Shown: positions 42,431 to 56,222 of the stretch, one piece after another
How positions within the stretch are numbered: position 1 is the first letter of the stretch
Layout: every line of letters begins with the position of its first letter
Notes under the pieces: generated by a model
What the model was told of the DNA's origin: nothing
The model's database searches: none
What the model saw: only the letters and a program-made list of their open reading frames with translations
Made by a program: the position numbers and the translations under genes
Source of the DNA: Octopus vulgaris
Lineage: Eukaryota
Direction: 5' to 3'
Length of the DNA stretch: 64,000 bases
NCBI GenBank assembly: GCA_951406725.2
Contig: OX597818.1
Span: 37,944,001-38,008,000, forward strand

Positions 42431-43642
42431 CGCTTTTCCTCAATCTTCAAAATTATTTTTCACTACACCATGCAAATTTAACAACTGAAAAACCAAACAT
42501 TTAAAAGAAAAATGTATACCTATTAAGAAAGCTACAGACTAGAATAAGGAAAAGTATTTTGGGGTACTACTTTGAAGAAGAGATAGAAGTGAAGTACAGA
42601 AAAACAACCAGTGAATGTATTTATAGCCCTTTTCATTTATGACTCTTCCCAGATATAGCAATACCTCTAATTTGATGTTTTTATAAAGGCACTAATGACT
42701 GTGGATGGAAATTCATAGTGGGATGTTAAAACATCTATATAACACATGTTCATCTGATAGCCTTTTGATAAAATGGTGTGCTAATTGCTAAAATAACATG
42801 CTTGGGAAGTGCAGTGCTGGTATTTTGCTAGTGACATTGACCATACTATTAACTGCATGAAAAGTGCAGTGCTGATTTAGCTTGTGAAAGAGTAAAGCTG
42901 ACAGTTGATCAATTAAAATAGTTCTCAAGTCCACCAGTAAAGACCAAAAGTGAAAGTAATATGGGAAGGTTTTAAGTTAGAAAGAAATATACCAATGAAA
43001 TAAATTGTCTTAGAAGAATTTCGTTAATTTTCCTTTTTTTTTTTCATCTTTTCTCTTGTTATTTTAATTTATTTTTTTTTTTGAAAATTGAAAATTATTT
43101 CAAGATAATTAATTGTCTGTTAAGATCTCTAGTGCAATGGAATGTCATGCTAAAGAAAGAAAGACACAGAAATTGTATGTTTTTGGAATAAAAAGAAACC
43201 AAAAATCAAACAAAATAATGAAAGAAAGTAACATGATTTCCATGTACAATTATTAACAACAAACAAGGATGAACATCAACAAATGAGCAGACAACAAATG
43301 AATTATATGCATACATACATATGTATCATGTATGTATATGTAGAAGACCAATGAAGGAAAAAAAAAAACAATAGAAAGAAAATAAACTTCATACAGTGGT
43401 GCAAGTGAAGACCTGAAAAGTGCAGTGGAAATCTCCAAACAATAGAGGTGTCACCACTAGGCATGTGCAGGAGGTATATCATGAACAGGCAGTATTTGGA
43501 AATTAATAGAATTCTATATAATTTTTAAAACAGCTTTGTATACATACATACATATTATATATATATATATATATATAATATATATAAATGTATTATGTAT
43601 ATTATGTAGTATTATATATACATTTTCTTTAAGCATACAAAC

Positions 43643-43756
43643 CTTGGCTGCTCGAGCCACAGTGAGGCCTTGGAACAGCTCATGCTTTGTGTGTGGGGAA
43701 ATTAAAGAAAGTATGCCTTGCTGATGTTTGTAACCATCTCCACGCACAGATCCATC
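43643..43756 (-). CDS. P3H1: P3H-like alternative exon B, DGSVRGDGYKHQQGILSLISPHTKHELFQGLTVARAAK
   Basis: Overlaps ORF 43514-43747; acceptor tccccctcatctag, donor aag/gtttgt, 114 nt, phase 0-0; GDGY...SPHT..E.F.GLTV motif. Confidence 0.9.
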
Positions 43757-44425
43757 CTAGATGAGGGGGAGATAAACAGGCAAACCATTTTTAAGCAAAC
43801 TCTACAGACAGACAGATATATGTCAATTTATTTGCTTTTTCCATATATGTAAAATATAATTCTATTATTTAGCGTTTTCAAAACAAAAAAAAAATATGTT
43901 TAGGACCATAGACTGAAAGAATATAAAACAAAGATTCTGAAAATCTAAAACTTGAATTTTAGATAGATATGATGGAAAAATAAATTAAAATGAAAACAAG
44001 ATTTATGAACTGGTTTTGAAAAGCAAAACAAATTATTTTTTAAAAAATCAACAAAACAAAAATTTTAACAAAGAAACATACAAAAATAAATTAAAATAAT
44101 ATCAACATTAAATAATTTTAAAAATAAAATACAAATGAGATTTCAAGAGAGTTTAGTGATTAATGTTATTTGGTTGATTTTGTTTTTAATGTGTGTGTGT
44201 ATATATAATTATATGCATGTTTTGATATAATTATATACGTATGTTTTAATATGTATATTATCTTATTATCTATATCTACCTAAATATGTTAAAAAGGAAC
44301 TTATATGGAGTTACTGAAGTTACTAGTAATGACAATCAAATTATCCTTTAATTACACTATATATAAATGCATAAAATAAACAATGAAAAATTATATTAAT
44401 ATCAATATTGATTTTATTCATAAAC

Positions 44426-44462
44426 TGCCTGATGAGTGCACAGGTGAAACTCTAGTGTAGCA
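44426..44462 (+). ncRNA. Hammerhead-like motif with weak stem II
   Basis: tgc-CTGATGA-gtgcacaggt-GAAAC-tctagt-GTA-gca. Confidence 0.45.
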
Positions 44463-45118
44463 AGAGATTGACTTGATCAAGATAAATATATTATTAATCT
44501 CAACTGTGGTATTGGGTACAATTCTTCCAACAGTCAACATTAAATGCATATCATCATCATCCATACACATATGAATGAACTTATACATATTAAATAACAT
44601 GGATGAATAAAAACGAAACAATGCCATATCTACAGTAAACTGTACAATTGTGCTAGCCTCAGCATCAAAGTGATATCACAACCCTAGACCATCTACATTT
44701 GCACTTGAATTAAGGAGCTACAATGACATACCAACGAACCGTTAATGAGAATCTCAGTCAAACAATATTCAAGGTACGGAATAATATAATTTAATAATAT
44801 AGATAAGGCAGAAAAAACATTGTAATATATATACAGCTAGCTTTCTGACACTAATTAAAAAATCATTTTCCAAGGACTCATATATAGTATAAAATTTTCA
44901 ACCCTCATAAAGTCAAGATTAGCTACTGGATACTACAATAAACACTGCACACTCCAACAGACACAAATAGACACCCACACATTCACTACTCCAAATCTCA
45001 GCCACTATTTTATCAACTGCTCACTAGGAGGATCCTATCTCTCAAAGGCTGTAATCAAGAGAGACACCCTTACATAATCTCATGGCACCACAAGATATAA
45101 CATAGGCATAACTCTAAT

Positions 45119-45182
45119 GGATGACATAGAGCCTTTCCTGGATGACATAGAGCCTTTCCTGGATGACATAGAGCCTTACCTG
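45119..45182 (+). repeat. 21-bp tandem repeat, three copies
   Basis: ggatgacatagagcctt(t/a)cct three times. Confidence 0.9.
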
Positions 45183-45293
45183 TCCTGCTTTATCTAAAGA
45201 GACTTTGGGACCATCAAAAAAACTTCCATAACACAAAAGTTGAATGCTACATTCTTTTGTTCGTTCATTTAGTGGTACATATATGTATACATC

Positions 45294-45337
<44 letters not shown>

Positions 45338-45384
45338 CATCAGTAGTTCATATAACTTAACTAAAAAAGAAGCACACTCTAAAG

Positions 45385-45494
45385 CAGTGTTTCTCAACCT
45401 TTTTACCCTTGTGAAACCCTTAAAATAAATTACATCTCGAGGAACCCACATCTTTCTCATATTTTTTCATCATAGTTCACATGATAAATATTGC

Positions 45495-45535
<41 letters not shown>

Positions 45536-45745
45536 GGGTGTCCATAAATTACAGACGTCACTAGATATATCCCCAATGGTTGTTATATTCTTTTTGATAG
45601 TATAATAGGTTAGATAGAGTGATGTCTATAGTACAATATTAGAATCATCAAAATATGTTGTGCATGTATATTACAATCATGGAATTAGCATTAGCTCATC
45701 TCACTCTTTCCCGTCAAACCCCTAGGAACCTTTTGCAGAACACTG
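45385..45745. mobile_element. hAT-type MITE
   Basis: 8-bp target-site duplication ctctaaag (45377-45384, 45746-45753); ends cagtgtttctc / gcagaacactg. Confidence 0.8.
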
Positions 45746-46039
45746 CTCTAAAGTATTAGAGCAGTAATATATTTTTTAGGAAGTTAAATGTTATGACAAG
45801 TCATAGAGTGACTATTGGTTTCACACATATAAGGCACTTAGCAGGATAGGTGACTCATCAGATGCAAATGGCCAAAGGTGCATAACCTCTCTACAACTGG
45901 AGGAAATGTGCCTTTGACCATTTGAGTCTGACAAGTTGCCTATACTACTAAGCACTTTATAGGTACAAAACCAATGGTTACTCTATGATTGATCATAACA
46001 TTTAACTTCTTAAAATATATGTGTGTTTGTGAGTGTGAG

Positions 46040-46071
<32 letters not shown>

Positions 46072-49000
46072 ACACACACACACACAGACTTATACATATA
46101 TACACACACATATACATATATTATATATATATTCATACACACACACAGACTTATACATATATACATACACATATACATATTATATATATATATATAGTAA
46201 ATATATATTTTGCACACACATAGTGACATTCTTTCAATTACAGTTTAATTCTTTCCTGAAAAGTAGACATGTGACCAAGATAATAGAGTCTAGAAAAGTC
46301 CCGTATTTCCATAAATATCACATTTGCTTTCCCAAACAGTATATGGCAGACTTTCTATGAACAGAAAACATTAACTTTAATTTGAAATTTCAACTGGAGT
46401 TCATTCCTTTGACATCAACGATGAAAGTTATAACGCATCTTTTTGTTTCAAAGCTAAAACTAGAAAAGCATCAGGATAAGTGTGCATATGTATCTGTTTG
46501 TATGTGTGTTCATATATGTATATGCATGTATGTATGTGTGTGTGAGAGAAAGAAAGGAGGAGAAAATGTGAAAACATTAAAAACTGTGAATTTTAACAGA
46601 AGCAGCATTTCTTTAATGGCTATGATTACTCAGTGATATTGATCATAGCTACTTATTTTCTTAAGGTTTATGATTAGAGATTATTACCTCCCTTCGATAT
46701 ATAAGAAATCCTATATATATACACATATATATATATATACACACATACATATATATACATATATATATATATACATACATATACTTACATATGTGTGTGA
46801 ATACTGATCACAACATATTGTATCAGTAAAATATCTATTCATGACACAAATATACATAAATATCTAAGCAATAGACATCTGTTTTAAAGCCCCACACACA
46901 AGTTTTACTAACCATATCCGAAGCGCAGCTTTTGCACATATACTTTAAGCACATTGAGCACTAAATATTGATGATATGCAACATATAATATAAAAAGAAA
47001 GATTTTAGGAAAGAAACAAAAGCAGTTGTCAGTTAATTTGATAAGCTATTATCCATGTATATTGTAGCATAAAAAAAGAAGAAGATTAATGTAAAATGTA
47101 AATAATAATAAAAATAGATTAATAAAAACAAAAGCATTTTTAAACTGGAGCTACGTCATAAATTAGTAAAGAAACTTGATGGGACAATGGTATTTTTGCT
47201 GCAATGCTAAAAATATTAATTAAATGAACAGTAAGTGAAAACATACTTTTTCTGGAAAATAAAATAAGATATAATAAAATAAAATAACATTTCATATATA
47301 TATATATATATGCAAATATATATATGTTAATTCAGTTAATATTATTAAAAACATGAAATGTTTTACACACATTTTGTTTTGTCAAAAGTTATTTTTGTAT
47401 AAATGTTGGAATAAATGAAAATGAAAAATAAGCATAAAAAATAAAAATTTTTTATACATTTGTAACAATCTGTATGTATATTTACATTTTCCAATAGGAT
47501 TTATAAACGGAGTGAGTCGGTGCCTTACTCATTTGTATGTTAAATATTTGTTCCATTTTTGCAAACCGCATAACACTGAACAAAACTTTTAACACACACA
47601 TGTGAGCATGTTTTTCTTTTGGGATGCATTTATGTATGTTTGCATGTGTTTAGGATGAACAAACAATAACACAGAAATCTAGATGTAAAAAATCAGAATA
47701 AATGAGCTGTTTTCTTTGTATGACAATATTAACTGCATATCAGTCCAAATCTTGAAATCAAAACATATTCACACAAACAATCATTGCTATAGTTCTCTAA
47801 TAGAAATAATACATGTACAGACACTATCTATATATACATATATATTACATAAACACACACAAAATATACATCACAAATGCTAATTTATCAATAGCATCTA
47901 TAAAGTAAGTAAAATAAAACGCACACACAGAGCTGCAAATGTTAAATGCTATAAATTATTGTGAGTAACAAGCATTTAGTGAGTCTGGAGCATAATTGAG
48001 TTAATTTACCAAAGCTACTAAAGGGTGAAAGTTTGTTATATATATATGTATATAATTTTGGATATTAATCACCAGAAGCTGGAAGTGAACTGAAAATATC
48101 ATTGGTTGAATGAATGACCAATTGGTCAGTCAGATGATCAATTGATAGATATACAGAAATACATAGATCGATAGAGAGTGAAAAAGGTAAAAAAAAAAAA
48201 AATCAATAGAAATGAAACAGAAAATTAGAGAGAATCTTATTGATGTAGCCATATTGCTATGTTTCTTTTAGTTCTTTAAAGCTGTGAGAGTCTCTTCAAT
48301 TTGTAATGCAAAAATAAGAATATACAAATAATTTCATTTGATATTCTCATAATAAAGTCAGTTTCATGCAATAGCATATGTATATATATATTATTGTCTT
48401 GGTTTTATATCCTTGTAAGCAAGACCAGATTATATAGTTACAACCATTGATGTTATTCTAAGTTATTTTGTTTTATAGAGATTATATTTCCCATTACTAT
48501 TCTCTTATAGTTATAAAAATATGTTTAAAACTAGTCCGCAGCAACTATCGATGGCAGATCAAATCACAAGCATCAAAGGAAAGTCAATTTGACATGAATC
48601 AAAAATCCATATCCTGATCTACTTGTATGTTGTTGCTTCACAAGTGAGTAAATAACAGCTTTAGTTATTAGTTTCAAGGTGAGATGTTATTTCAGCCATA
48701 ATACATGGTTGATCTGTCGGACGGAGTGAATAGCCATAAAACTGCCAAACCAAATCAATATTCAAAATCTTAAATTTCTTGTTTAATAAAATGACACTAT
48801 ATCTATTTAAAGCCAGTAAATAATTTCTTTATATACCATAACCAAAAGAGCTTTTTCTCTATAATAATAACTACAAATCATACAACTGAATGTCACAAGT
48901 GTAGGTAGAATCAGTGCATAAATATACCACATTTATTCATATACAATATGCACCCACAAAGTTAATAATCTCCCACCCCATAATATAAAATTAATCTAAA

Positions 49001-49989
49001 TCTATTGAATCTTCAACAATGCTAAGATAAATACGTTTTTACGTTTTTAAATCTATTAAACTAAAATCAATCAGAAATCAGTTAACATATTCTATATAAG
49101 ATTACATTTACATGATAATGAATGTACATTATTATGAAACATTCCAGCACAACCATGCATCACAAAAATACAATACTCTAAATGAAAATATCACCCTACT
49201 CAAACACTTCTAGGAAAAAACATGGTGCATATCAAATAAAATGTTTGAAATAAGTTAACTAAATTTATATGGTACATAAAATATTTGATTGTTTTTTTTT
49301 AAACCTAAATACTTATTTTTACATACTACAGGTAATGTATATAGTTTTTAAGAAAAATGCATTTCAGTATAAAAAAAAAAAGCTATGAATGATCATTCAC
49401 TAAATATTTAGGAGAAGAATGGAAAAAAGAAGCCGGGAAGTAAGGAGTGTGTAAAATACAAATATGCCATTATGCAGGGAAGAAATTAAATGAATACAAT
49501 GAACTTTTTTTAAATGGACAGCAAAAAAAAAAAAAAAAATCTGTAAAGATTTTCATAAAATGTTCTAACAAATTTTCACTTGGTTTCCAACCAATACTTT
49601 AATTAAATAGCTGATTGCATTGACCAGGCAGAAGACAGATGTTTTACAGTTGCATGCTGAAAACAAAGTTCCTGTTGATGCAAAAATAGTTATTTTTCCA
49701 AACACAGAAGCCAATCTTGGACCAGCTGACAAACATATATGAATAAGGGGATTGCTGTTCATTGTTTTATTATTTTAAAAACATTTTCAAGGTTAGGGAA
49801 GAAGCTGTCTGCAATGTTTCTCATTTTTCTGATCATTGCAACCATCTAATATAAAAGGAATTAAAGAAGCCGTGACTTTAGAACATTTTATAATCTAAAA
49901 AAAAAAAAAAAATGAATTCACATTTTTGAGTACATAGACATTAATTGAAAATAAAGCCATTCAGCTTTATGAAAGAACGTTGCTAATAC

Positions 49990-50085
49990 CTCGATAGCAC
50001 CTGGGATACTCAGGCCCACAAAATACTCATTAGCTGAATGGGGAGATGCTTCTCTGTCATAGCCATCCCCTAACGAGCCCCCTGC
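49990..50085 (-). CDS. P3H1: P3H-like alternative exon A, AGGSLGDGYDREASPHSANEYFVGLSIPGAIE
   Basis: Acceptor ttttatttcttacag, donor gag/gtatta, 96 nt, phase 0-0, no stop; carries the family motif GDGY...SPH..NE.F.G; too short for the ORF track. Confidence 0.85.
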
Positions 50086-52675
50086 CTGTAAGAAATAAAA
50101 GCATCAGTTTTAAAAATATTACATTAGCAAACTGAAAACTGAAGTTAGTGTTGGAATCAGAGTTAAACAAATAGTTAAGATAATAAGAATGGTTTTGAAT
50201 TTTGGCACAAGGCTAGCAATTTTAGAGGTGAGGTGGGTGTTAGTTGATAACTGCTACTTATTTTATCAACTCAAAAGGCAAGGTTAACCTCAGCAGGATT
50301 TGAGCTCAAAACGTAAAGTGCCAGAAAAATGCTGCTAAGCATTTTGTATGATGGGCTAAGAATTCTACAAGCTCACCACTTAATGATGATAATATTAATG
50401 AGAATGACATTATTCTTACATTACAAAATCCAAATTTACAGAGGAATTATGAAGTTGATTAAATCAACATATTTCTCACTTTATGACAGGTACTTCTTTT
50501 TAATCAATTCTGAAGCAACTAATGCATGCATGTGTGTGTGCGCGTGTGTGTGTGTGTAAAGGGTAAAAACCTTCTTCAGTCATGAATGACCATGGTATTG
50601 CACCTAGAAAGTTATCCTCTGAAGCACAACTCTGAGCAAGATTCTTTATGGAAGACCAGCAGTCACCAATGCATACCAGGCTCCCCTCTTCACACCACCA
50701 ATGTTACCCAAGGGCAAAGGCAAAAGCTAACACAGCTGGGCACCAGTGACATCACAACTCATTTCTACAGCTGAGTGAACTGGAACAATATGAAATAAAG
50801 CGTTTTGCACAAAACACAACACACAGCCCAGTCCAGGAATCAACATACAGCCCAGTCCAGAAATCAAATATAATGTATTAGAGGTTGTGTTGAAGCAAGA
50901 GGCTAGGTGTATATGTTGTGTATTAATAAATGCTGAGCTCCTCTTCTAGCTATATCAAAACAAGAGTATGTGCAATAACCTTGTGTGTATATGTAATGAG
51001 GTAGGTCTTATATAGTAAACTAGAATATTTAATAAATCTATAAGAGTAGAGAAGAGCAAGAGAGGTTGAATTCAATATAGAAGCAGATTTATGAATATAG
51101 CAGAAGTAAATGAGTGATACAAGTAATCAATGATAAAATGGTAAAACATGAATGATGTCAACAGAAGAATGTAGCTAAAAATCACTGGAATAATAAAGGT
51201 GTGATAATATTGATATTTACAACTTAAATAGAATAAAAATAAAATAAAATGTAACAGATGGCTGTGACTTGTTTTGGACTAATGACCATATGGTCATAAG
51301 TTCATTCATTAGTACAGCCACTGTTTTGTACCCTTGGACAAGGCATGACTATTTGCCTCTCTGTCCTGCAAGTTGACAATAAATTCCACTCTTACTTCAC
51401 AGTTGAGTGGCTAGTGGAAGAAAGAGCATCCAGCTGCAAAAACAATTGCTCCAAGAGTATAAGAATGTCAACACATGAGACAAGAAACTATCCAACCCAT
51501 GTATTGAGGATGAAAAACAGAAAACACGAAAGAAAAATCAGAAAATGGTAAAAATAAAATATCTTGATTTTAATGTAAGATGGCTCAAACAAAATTTGGT
51601 TAAGATGATTGACGCCATAAATTCAAAGCTTCTGATTAACAAGGATATGTGGCCCTAATGAAAGGAAGACCTAGAGGGAATGAACAGAATTTATTGTCAT
51701 CCAAAGATCTAGTCATTATTGATCCTATAGCAATAGTAATAAGCAAACATATTTCATTCAAAATTGATTAATAAGATGTTTTAATTAATTATAAAATAAA
51801 AAGAACAATAACTACAAATAAATAACAATATTCATTTCTGATTTTTGGTATACTGCAACAAATTCTTGGGAAAGAGGAACAATGAAATCTACCTCTGATT
51901 TTTTTAGTGGTATTTATCTTATCGACCCTGAAAAGTAAAAGGAGCATTTGATTCTGACAAGATTTAAACTCAAAACGTAAAGGGCTATTAACTAAATATA
52001 AGGGATTTATTTCAGAACTCGACCATTTCTGCTACCAACTCCTCATAAAAGTATGCTAAGTGAACCTCTTTCAACCATTTGTGAGTGAAGGGGTGTTCAA
52101 AAACTGGAATTTTCCTTTATAGTTGGAGGCCCTTGTGCAACTTTTTTCTCTTCACAAAGAGACAGATTGCTAAATACTAAAAGACTGTGACTTAAATATT
52201 CAGGTTAATCATTTATAGTTTTTGTGATTCCCTGATGTTAGAGTAATCACAAGTGAATATACCACTATTACGCTTTGTCATTATTGTAACAAACAGATAT
52301 AACCAGCTTCATTATATTCCTAATATAATTATATTCCTAAATAATAATGAGAGAAGCAGAGTTGATTAAATCCATTCCAGCATATCTTTTGTGCTAATTT
52401 TATCAACAATTGAGAGATAATAAGCAAAGTTGACAATGATGTGATTTTTAATGGGTACCAAGACACAAAGCTATGTATATATATTTTTTTATTCTTTTAC
52501 TTGTTTCAGTCATTTGACTGTGGCCATGCTGGAGGACTTATTCTTTGTAAGCCTAGTACTTATTCTATCGGTCTCTTTTGCCAAACTGCTAAATTATGGC
52601 GGGGGAATAAACACACCAACATCAGTTGTCAAGCGATGGTAGGGGAGACAAACACAGACACACAAATGATGATGA

Positions 52676-52710
<35 letters not shown>

Positions 52711-53857
52711 TCACCATGATAGATTGCTAGCCACTAAACCCTTTTCTATTTTCTCTCCCTGTTTATTTTTGTGTTGCGTTCTGTCGAAGAGCATAGGCTC
52801 GAAACATAAAAGACTTTCTCACTTCCTGAGCATTAAACTAATACATCTGTATGTTGTTTACACACCCGTCTTCGTCTTTTGTTTTTTTGTAAATTCTCAC
52901 TATATATATATATACACATGACAGGCTTCTGTCTACCAAATCCATTCACAAGGCTTTGGTCAACCTGATGCTATAGTAGAAGACATTTGCACAAAGTGGT
53001 ACTGAACCCAGAACCATGTAGTTGGGAAGAAAGCTTCTTACCACATAGCCACTCCTGCTAGGGTGTTAGAAATACCTACATTGCTAGAAATAAGAGCTAA
53101 AATGCTCTAATACTGTAGTCAAAGCACACAATTGTAGACATATATACTGACAGGGAATATAATCACCAGAAAATACTGATCAAGAATTCCCTATACTGAC
53201 TGTTCAGTTTCAGCAATTTCCGTTGCCTCATCAGTAAGGACTGGCTTGACTTCAGCAGATTCCAGATTTAATTTTCTGTCAGTACATTTGGTTTCACCAT
53301 AAAAATCTATGGATGATTTTGCGAATTGCTAATGTGTATACAGAAAATTAATATAGACAGCAGTGTACAATGTTTTACCAGTGTGCAATGGTAAAACACA
53401 AAAAACAACAACACCAGGATGTTGTACATGTAAAGTATTAGCAGACACTCAGGGAAGGAAAGAGAGGTGGTTTAACGTTCTGAGCAATGCTCTTCTTCAG
53501 AAACAGTGGAAAGTTCAATGGAAAGGAAGACAGAGGAAGAAAATCGCCAACAATTCACGTGGTTACATTTTGAAATGACCAGAAGGGAATGGGTGAAGAA
53601 AAAGTTCTTTCTAAGACAGAAGAGTGTAAGAGAAGGAGGTATGTGTGGGTATGTGCATGCATGCAAATCTATGTACGTGTGTGTATATATGTTGTGTGTA
53701 TGGTGTGCATATGGTTTTGGCTATTTATATGTGTATGTGTGAGTGAACTTTGTGTCTCTTAATGTTGGAGGGATTCAGCAGCATGGTATCAGGAGTGGTG
53801 GTCTTTTGTGTAGTTGTGTGTCTCTTCACATGTGTGTAGAGGAATGGTTGGTAGAAA

Positions 53858-54088
53858 GGTGGCGAGCTGGCAGAAACGTTAACACGCCGGGGGAAATGCT
53901 TAGCGGTATTTCGTCTGCGTTACGTTGTGAGTTCAAATTCCGCCGAGGTCGACTTTGCCTTTCATCCTTTCGGGGTCGATAAATTAAGTACCAGCTACGC
54001 ACTGGGGTCGATGTAATCGACTTAATACCTATGTCTGTCCTTGTTTGTCCCCTCTGTGTTTAGCCCCTTGTGGGTAGTAAAGAAATAG
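53858..54088 (+). mobile_element. SINE family B copy
   Basis: Full head and tail; target-site duplication ggttggtagaaaggtg. Confidence 0.9.
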
Positions 54089-54264
54089 GTTGGTAGAAAG
54101 GTGTTTGACAGGCAGTTTGAAGTACGTATGTATGTGTGTGAGTGTATGTATATGTTGTGTGTGTGTGTTTTGTGTGTGTATGCATGCGTCTGTGTGTGTG
54201 TATATGCATGTGTGTGTGTGTGGAGTATATGTGCGTTCCTGTGTGCATGTGCATGTGTATATGC

Positions 54265-54840
54265 CCATGTATGTGGGGGAAAATGGTGTGGGTGGTGGGA
54301 TCTAGCTGGAGACAACGGAAGGTTCGTAGGATCCTCCGACGAAGGGGTAGTGTGGAGGTGTGGAAAAGGAGGGGAAAGGGGGTGCAGTTAGGGGATTGGT
54401 GTGGGGAAGGATAAAGGGCGGTGGTGCGATCGATTAGACGAGTGCGAGCAAAGGCGGTTTGGAGAAGGGTTGAGGGGTATCCTCGATGCATGAACAGGCA
54501 GACAAGGTATTGGGACTGGGTCTTGAAATCCTGGTCCCAGCTGCACAAGTGTCGGAGGCAGAGGAACTGGGAGTAGGGGATGGTCCGTTTGGTGTGGGAG
54601 GAGGAGAAGTTGAGGCAGAGGTGAGAATTTGCGTGTTTGAAGAAGGTGGAGGTGGTGACAAGTGGGAGGGGAGGTCAATGGTAAGAGAGATATCTAGGAA
54701 GTTAACTGAGGTGTTAGAGACGGTAGAGGTAAATTGGAGAGAAGGGTGAAACTTAGAGAGGAAAGAGATGAAGTGGCAGAGTTGTTCGTGGGAGAGGGAG
54801 GTGGCACCTATACAGTTGTTTATGTAGCGACCAAAGGGAG
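54265..54840 (-). mobile_element. Penelope-like element reverse transcriptase remnant
   Basis: FGRYINNCIG (decayed RYIDD), FH..LQFT..SVNFLDI, then CS..DF....L...F..RGYP of ORF 54060-54548. Confidence 0.85.
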
Positions 54841-54994
54841 AGAGAGAGACCTTTTATATACTTTAACTATTCTATGGTTTAAACATTAAATTTGTTTTCA
54901 CCTATCATAATTAATAATGACTCATTCACAAAATACCAAACATTTCCAATCTCATTCTAAGATCCAGTATTGGTTTTAGACTATTCTCTCTTTC

Positions 54995-55388
54995 TCTCTT
55001 TCACTTGTTTCAGTCATTTGACTGCGGCCATGCTGGAGCACCGCCTTTAATCGAGCAACTCGACCCCGGGACTTATTCTTTTGTAAGCCCAGTACTTATT
55101 CTATCGGTCTCTTTTGCCGAACCGCTAAGTAACGGGGACATAAACACACCAGCATCAGTTGTCAAGCAATGCTAGGGGGACAAACACAGACACACACACA
55201 CGCATATATATATATACATATATACGACAGGCTTCTTTCAGTTTCCATCTACCAAATCCACTCACAAGGCTTTGGTCGGCCCGAGGCTATAGTAGAAGAC
55301 ACTTGCCCAAGGTGCCACGCAGTGGAACTGAACCCCAAACCATGTGGTTGGTAAGCAAGCTACTTACCACACAGCCACTCCTGCGCCT
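54995..55388 (-). mobile_element. SINE family A copy
   Basis: Reverse complement of 3611-4008. Confidence 0.9.
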
Positions 55389-55871
55389 CACTATGTTGTG
55401 AGGAGTAATAAAACTGAAATATGTCCCTGGTTGTCACTGCACTGTTAAAGCTCATACATTCCCCATCATTTTCTATATTTTATTTTAACAAAACTTTCAA
55501 GGTTATTTCCCCTGCCTTTTTATCAGCTAAAATTAAGAGAGCTAAACATTTTCTTCAGTAGGGTGATAATTTCAATTGATTAAATCTTAAAGTTTACTAC
55601 ATCAAGTATACTTGTGTACACTCTCTTACAAGGCATTTAGTTTGAGGCCCTTCCATTATTGTTGACTCTCATTACACTATCATCAAATATCTATTATTCT
55701 TATCCGTTATATCAAATATTCATTATTGTTGACTCCCAATACAATATCATCAAATATCTATTATTGTTATCTATTGTATCAAATATCCAATACATTATCA
55801 TCAAATATCTATTCAGCAATTTCTATACAATGAAACAGGAATAAGGAAAGACAAATACTGAACAAACTTAC

Positions 55872-56222
55872 ATTAGCTAAATCAATGAGAGTTTCACATT
55901 CAGCTTTCGATGCCAACCCATCGGCAATAAATCTTTCTTTGCCCAGCATCTCTTTCTCAGTAGAGACCACTTCAACTCCTTGATTTAATAGATCATTTAA
56001 TACTTGGCTTCGGCTTTCAGAAGTATTCAACATAATCTGCTGGTCCATGTTCCTAAGAAGGATCAGAGCATCTAAATGGTCGATTTCATCTTGCATGGGG
56101 TCATTTCCAAAAACATTCCACAAAACACATCTTTCCATTTCTGATTCGTTGAAAGGTTTCACACCAAGTGGATCTGTTGACCTGAAGAGGACCATTCTGC
56201 CACACCTTGGTCGAATAATTAT
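55872..56222 (-). CDS. P3H1: P3H-like exon joining the end of domain 1 (IIIRPRCGRMVLFRSTDPLGVKP..RCVLW..DP) to the start of domain 2 (GVEVVSTEKEMLGKERFIADGLASKAECETLIDLAN)
   Basis: Overlaps ORF 55809-56195; acceptor ttcttcactgttatag, donor gtaagt, 351 nt, phase 0-0; P3H-type motifs PxCGR and RxxxDGxxSxxECxxLxxLxN. Confidence 0.92.

Noticed and set aside
16133-43642. Search for further copies of the GDGY/SPH exon in the large intron and in 50086-55871
   Set aside because: None found by eye; a highly diverged copy could have been missed
45119-45182. Short direct repeats that might suggest a CRISPR array
   Set aside because: Head-to-tail with no spacers, in eukaryotic DNA
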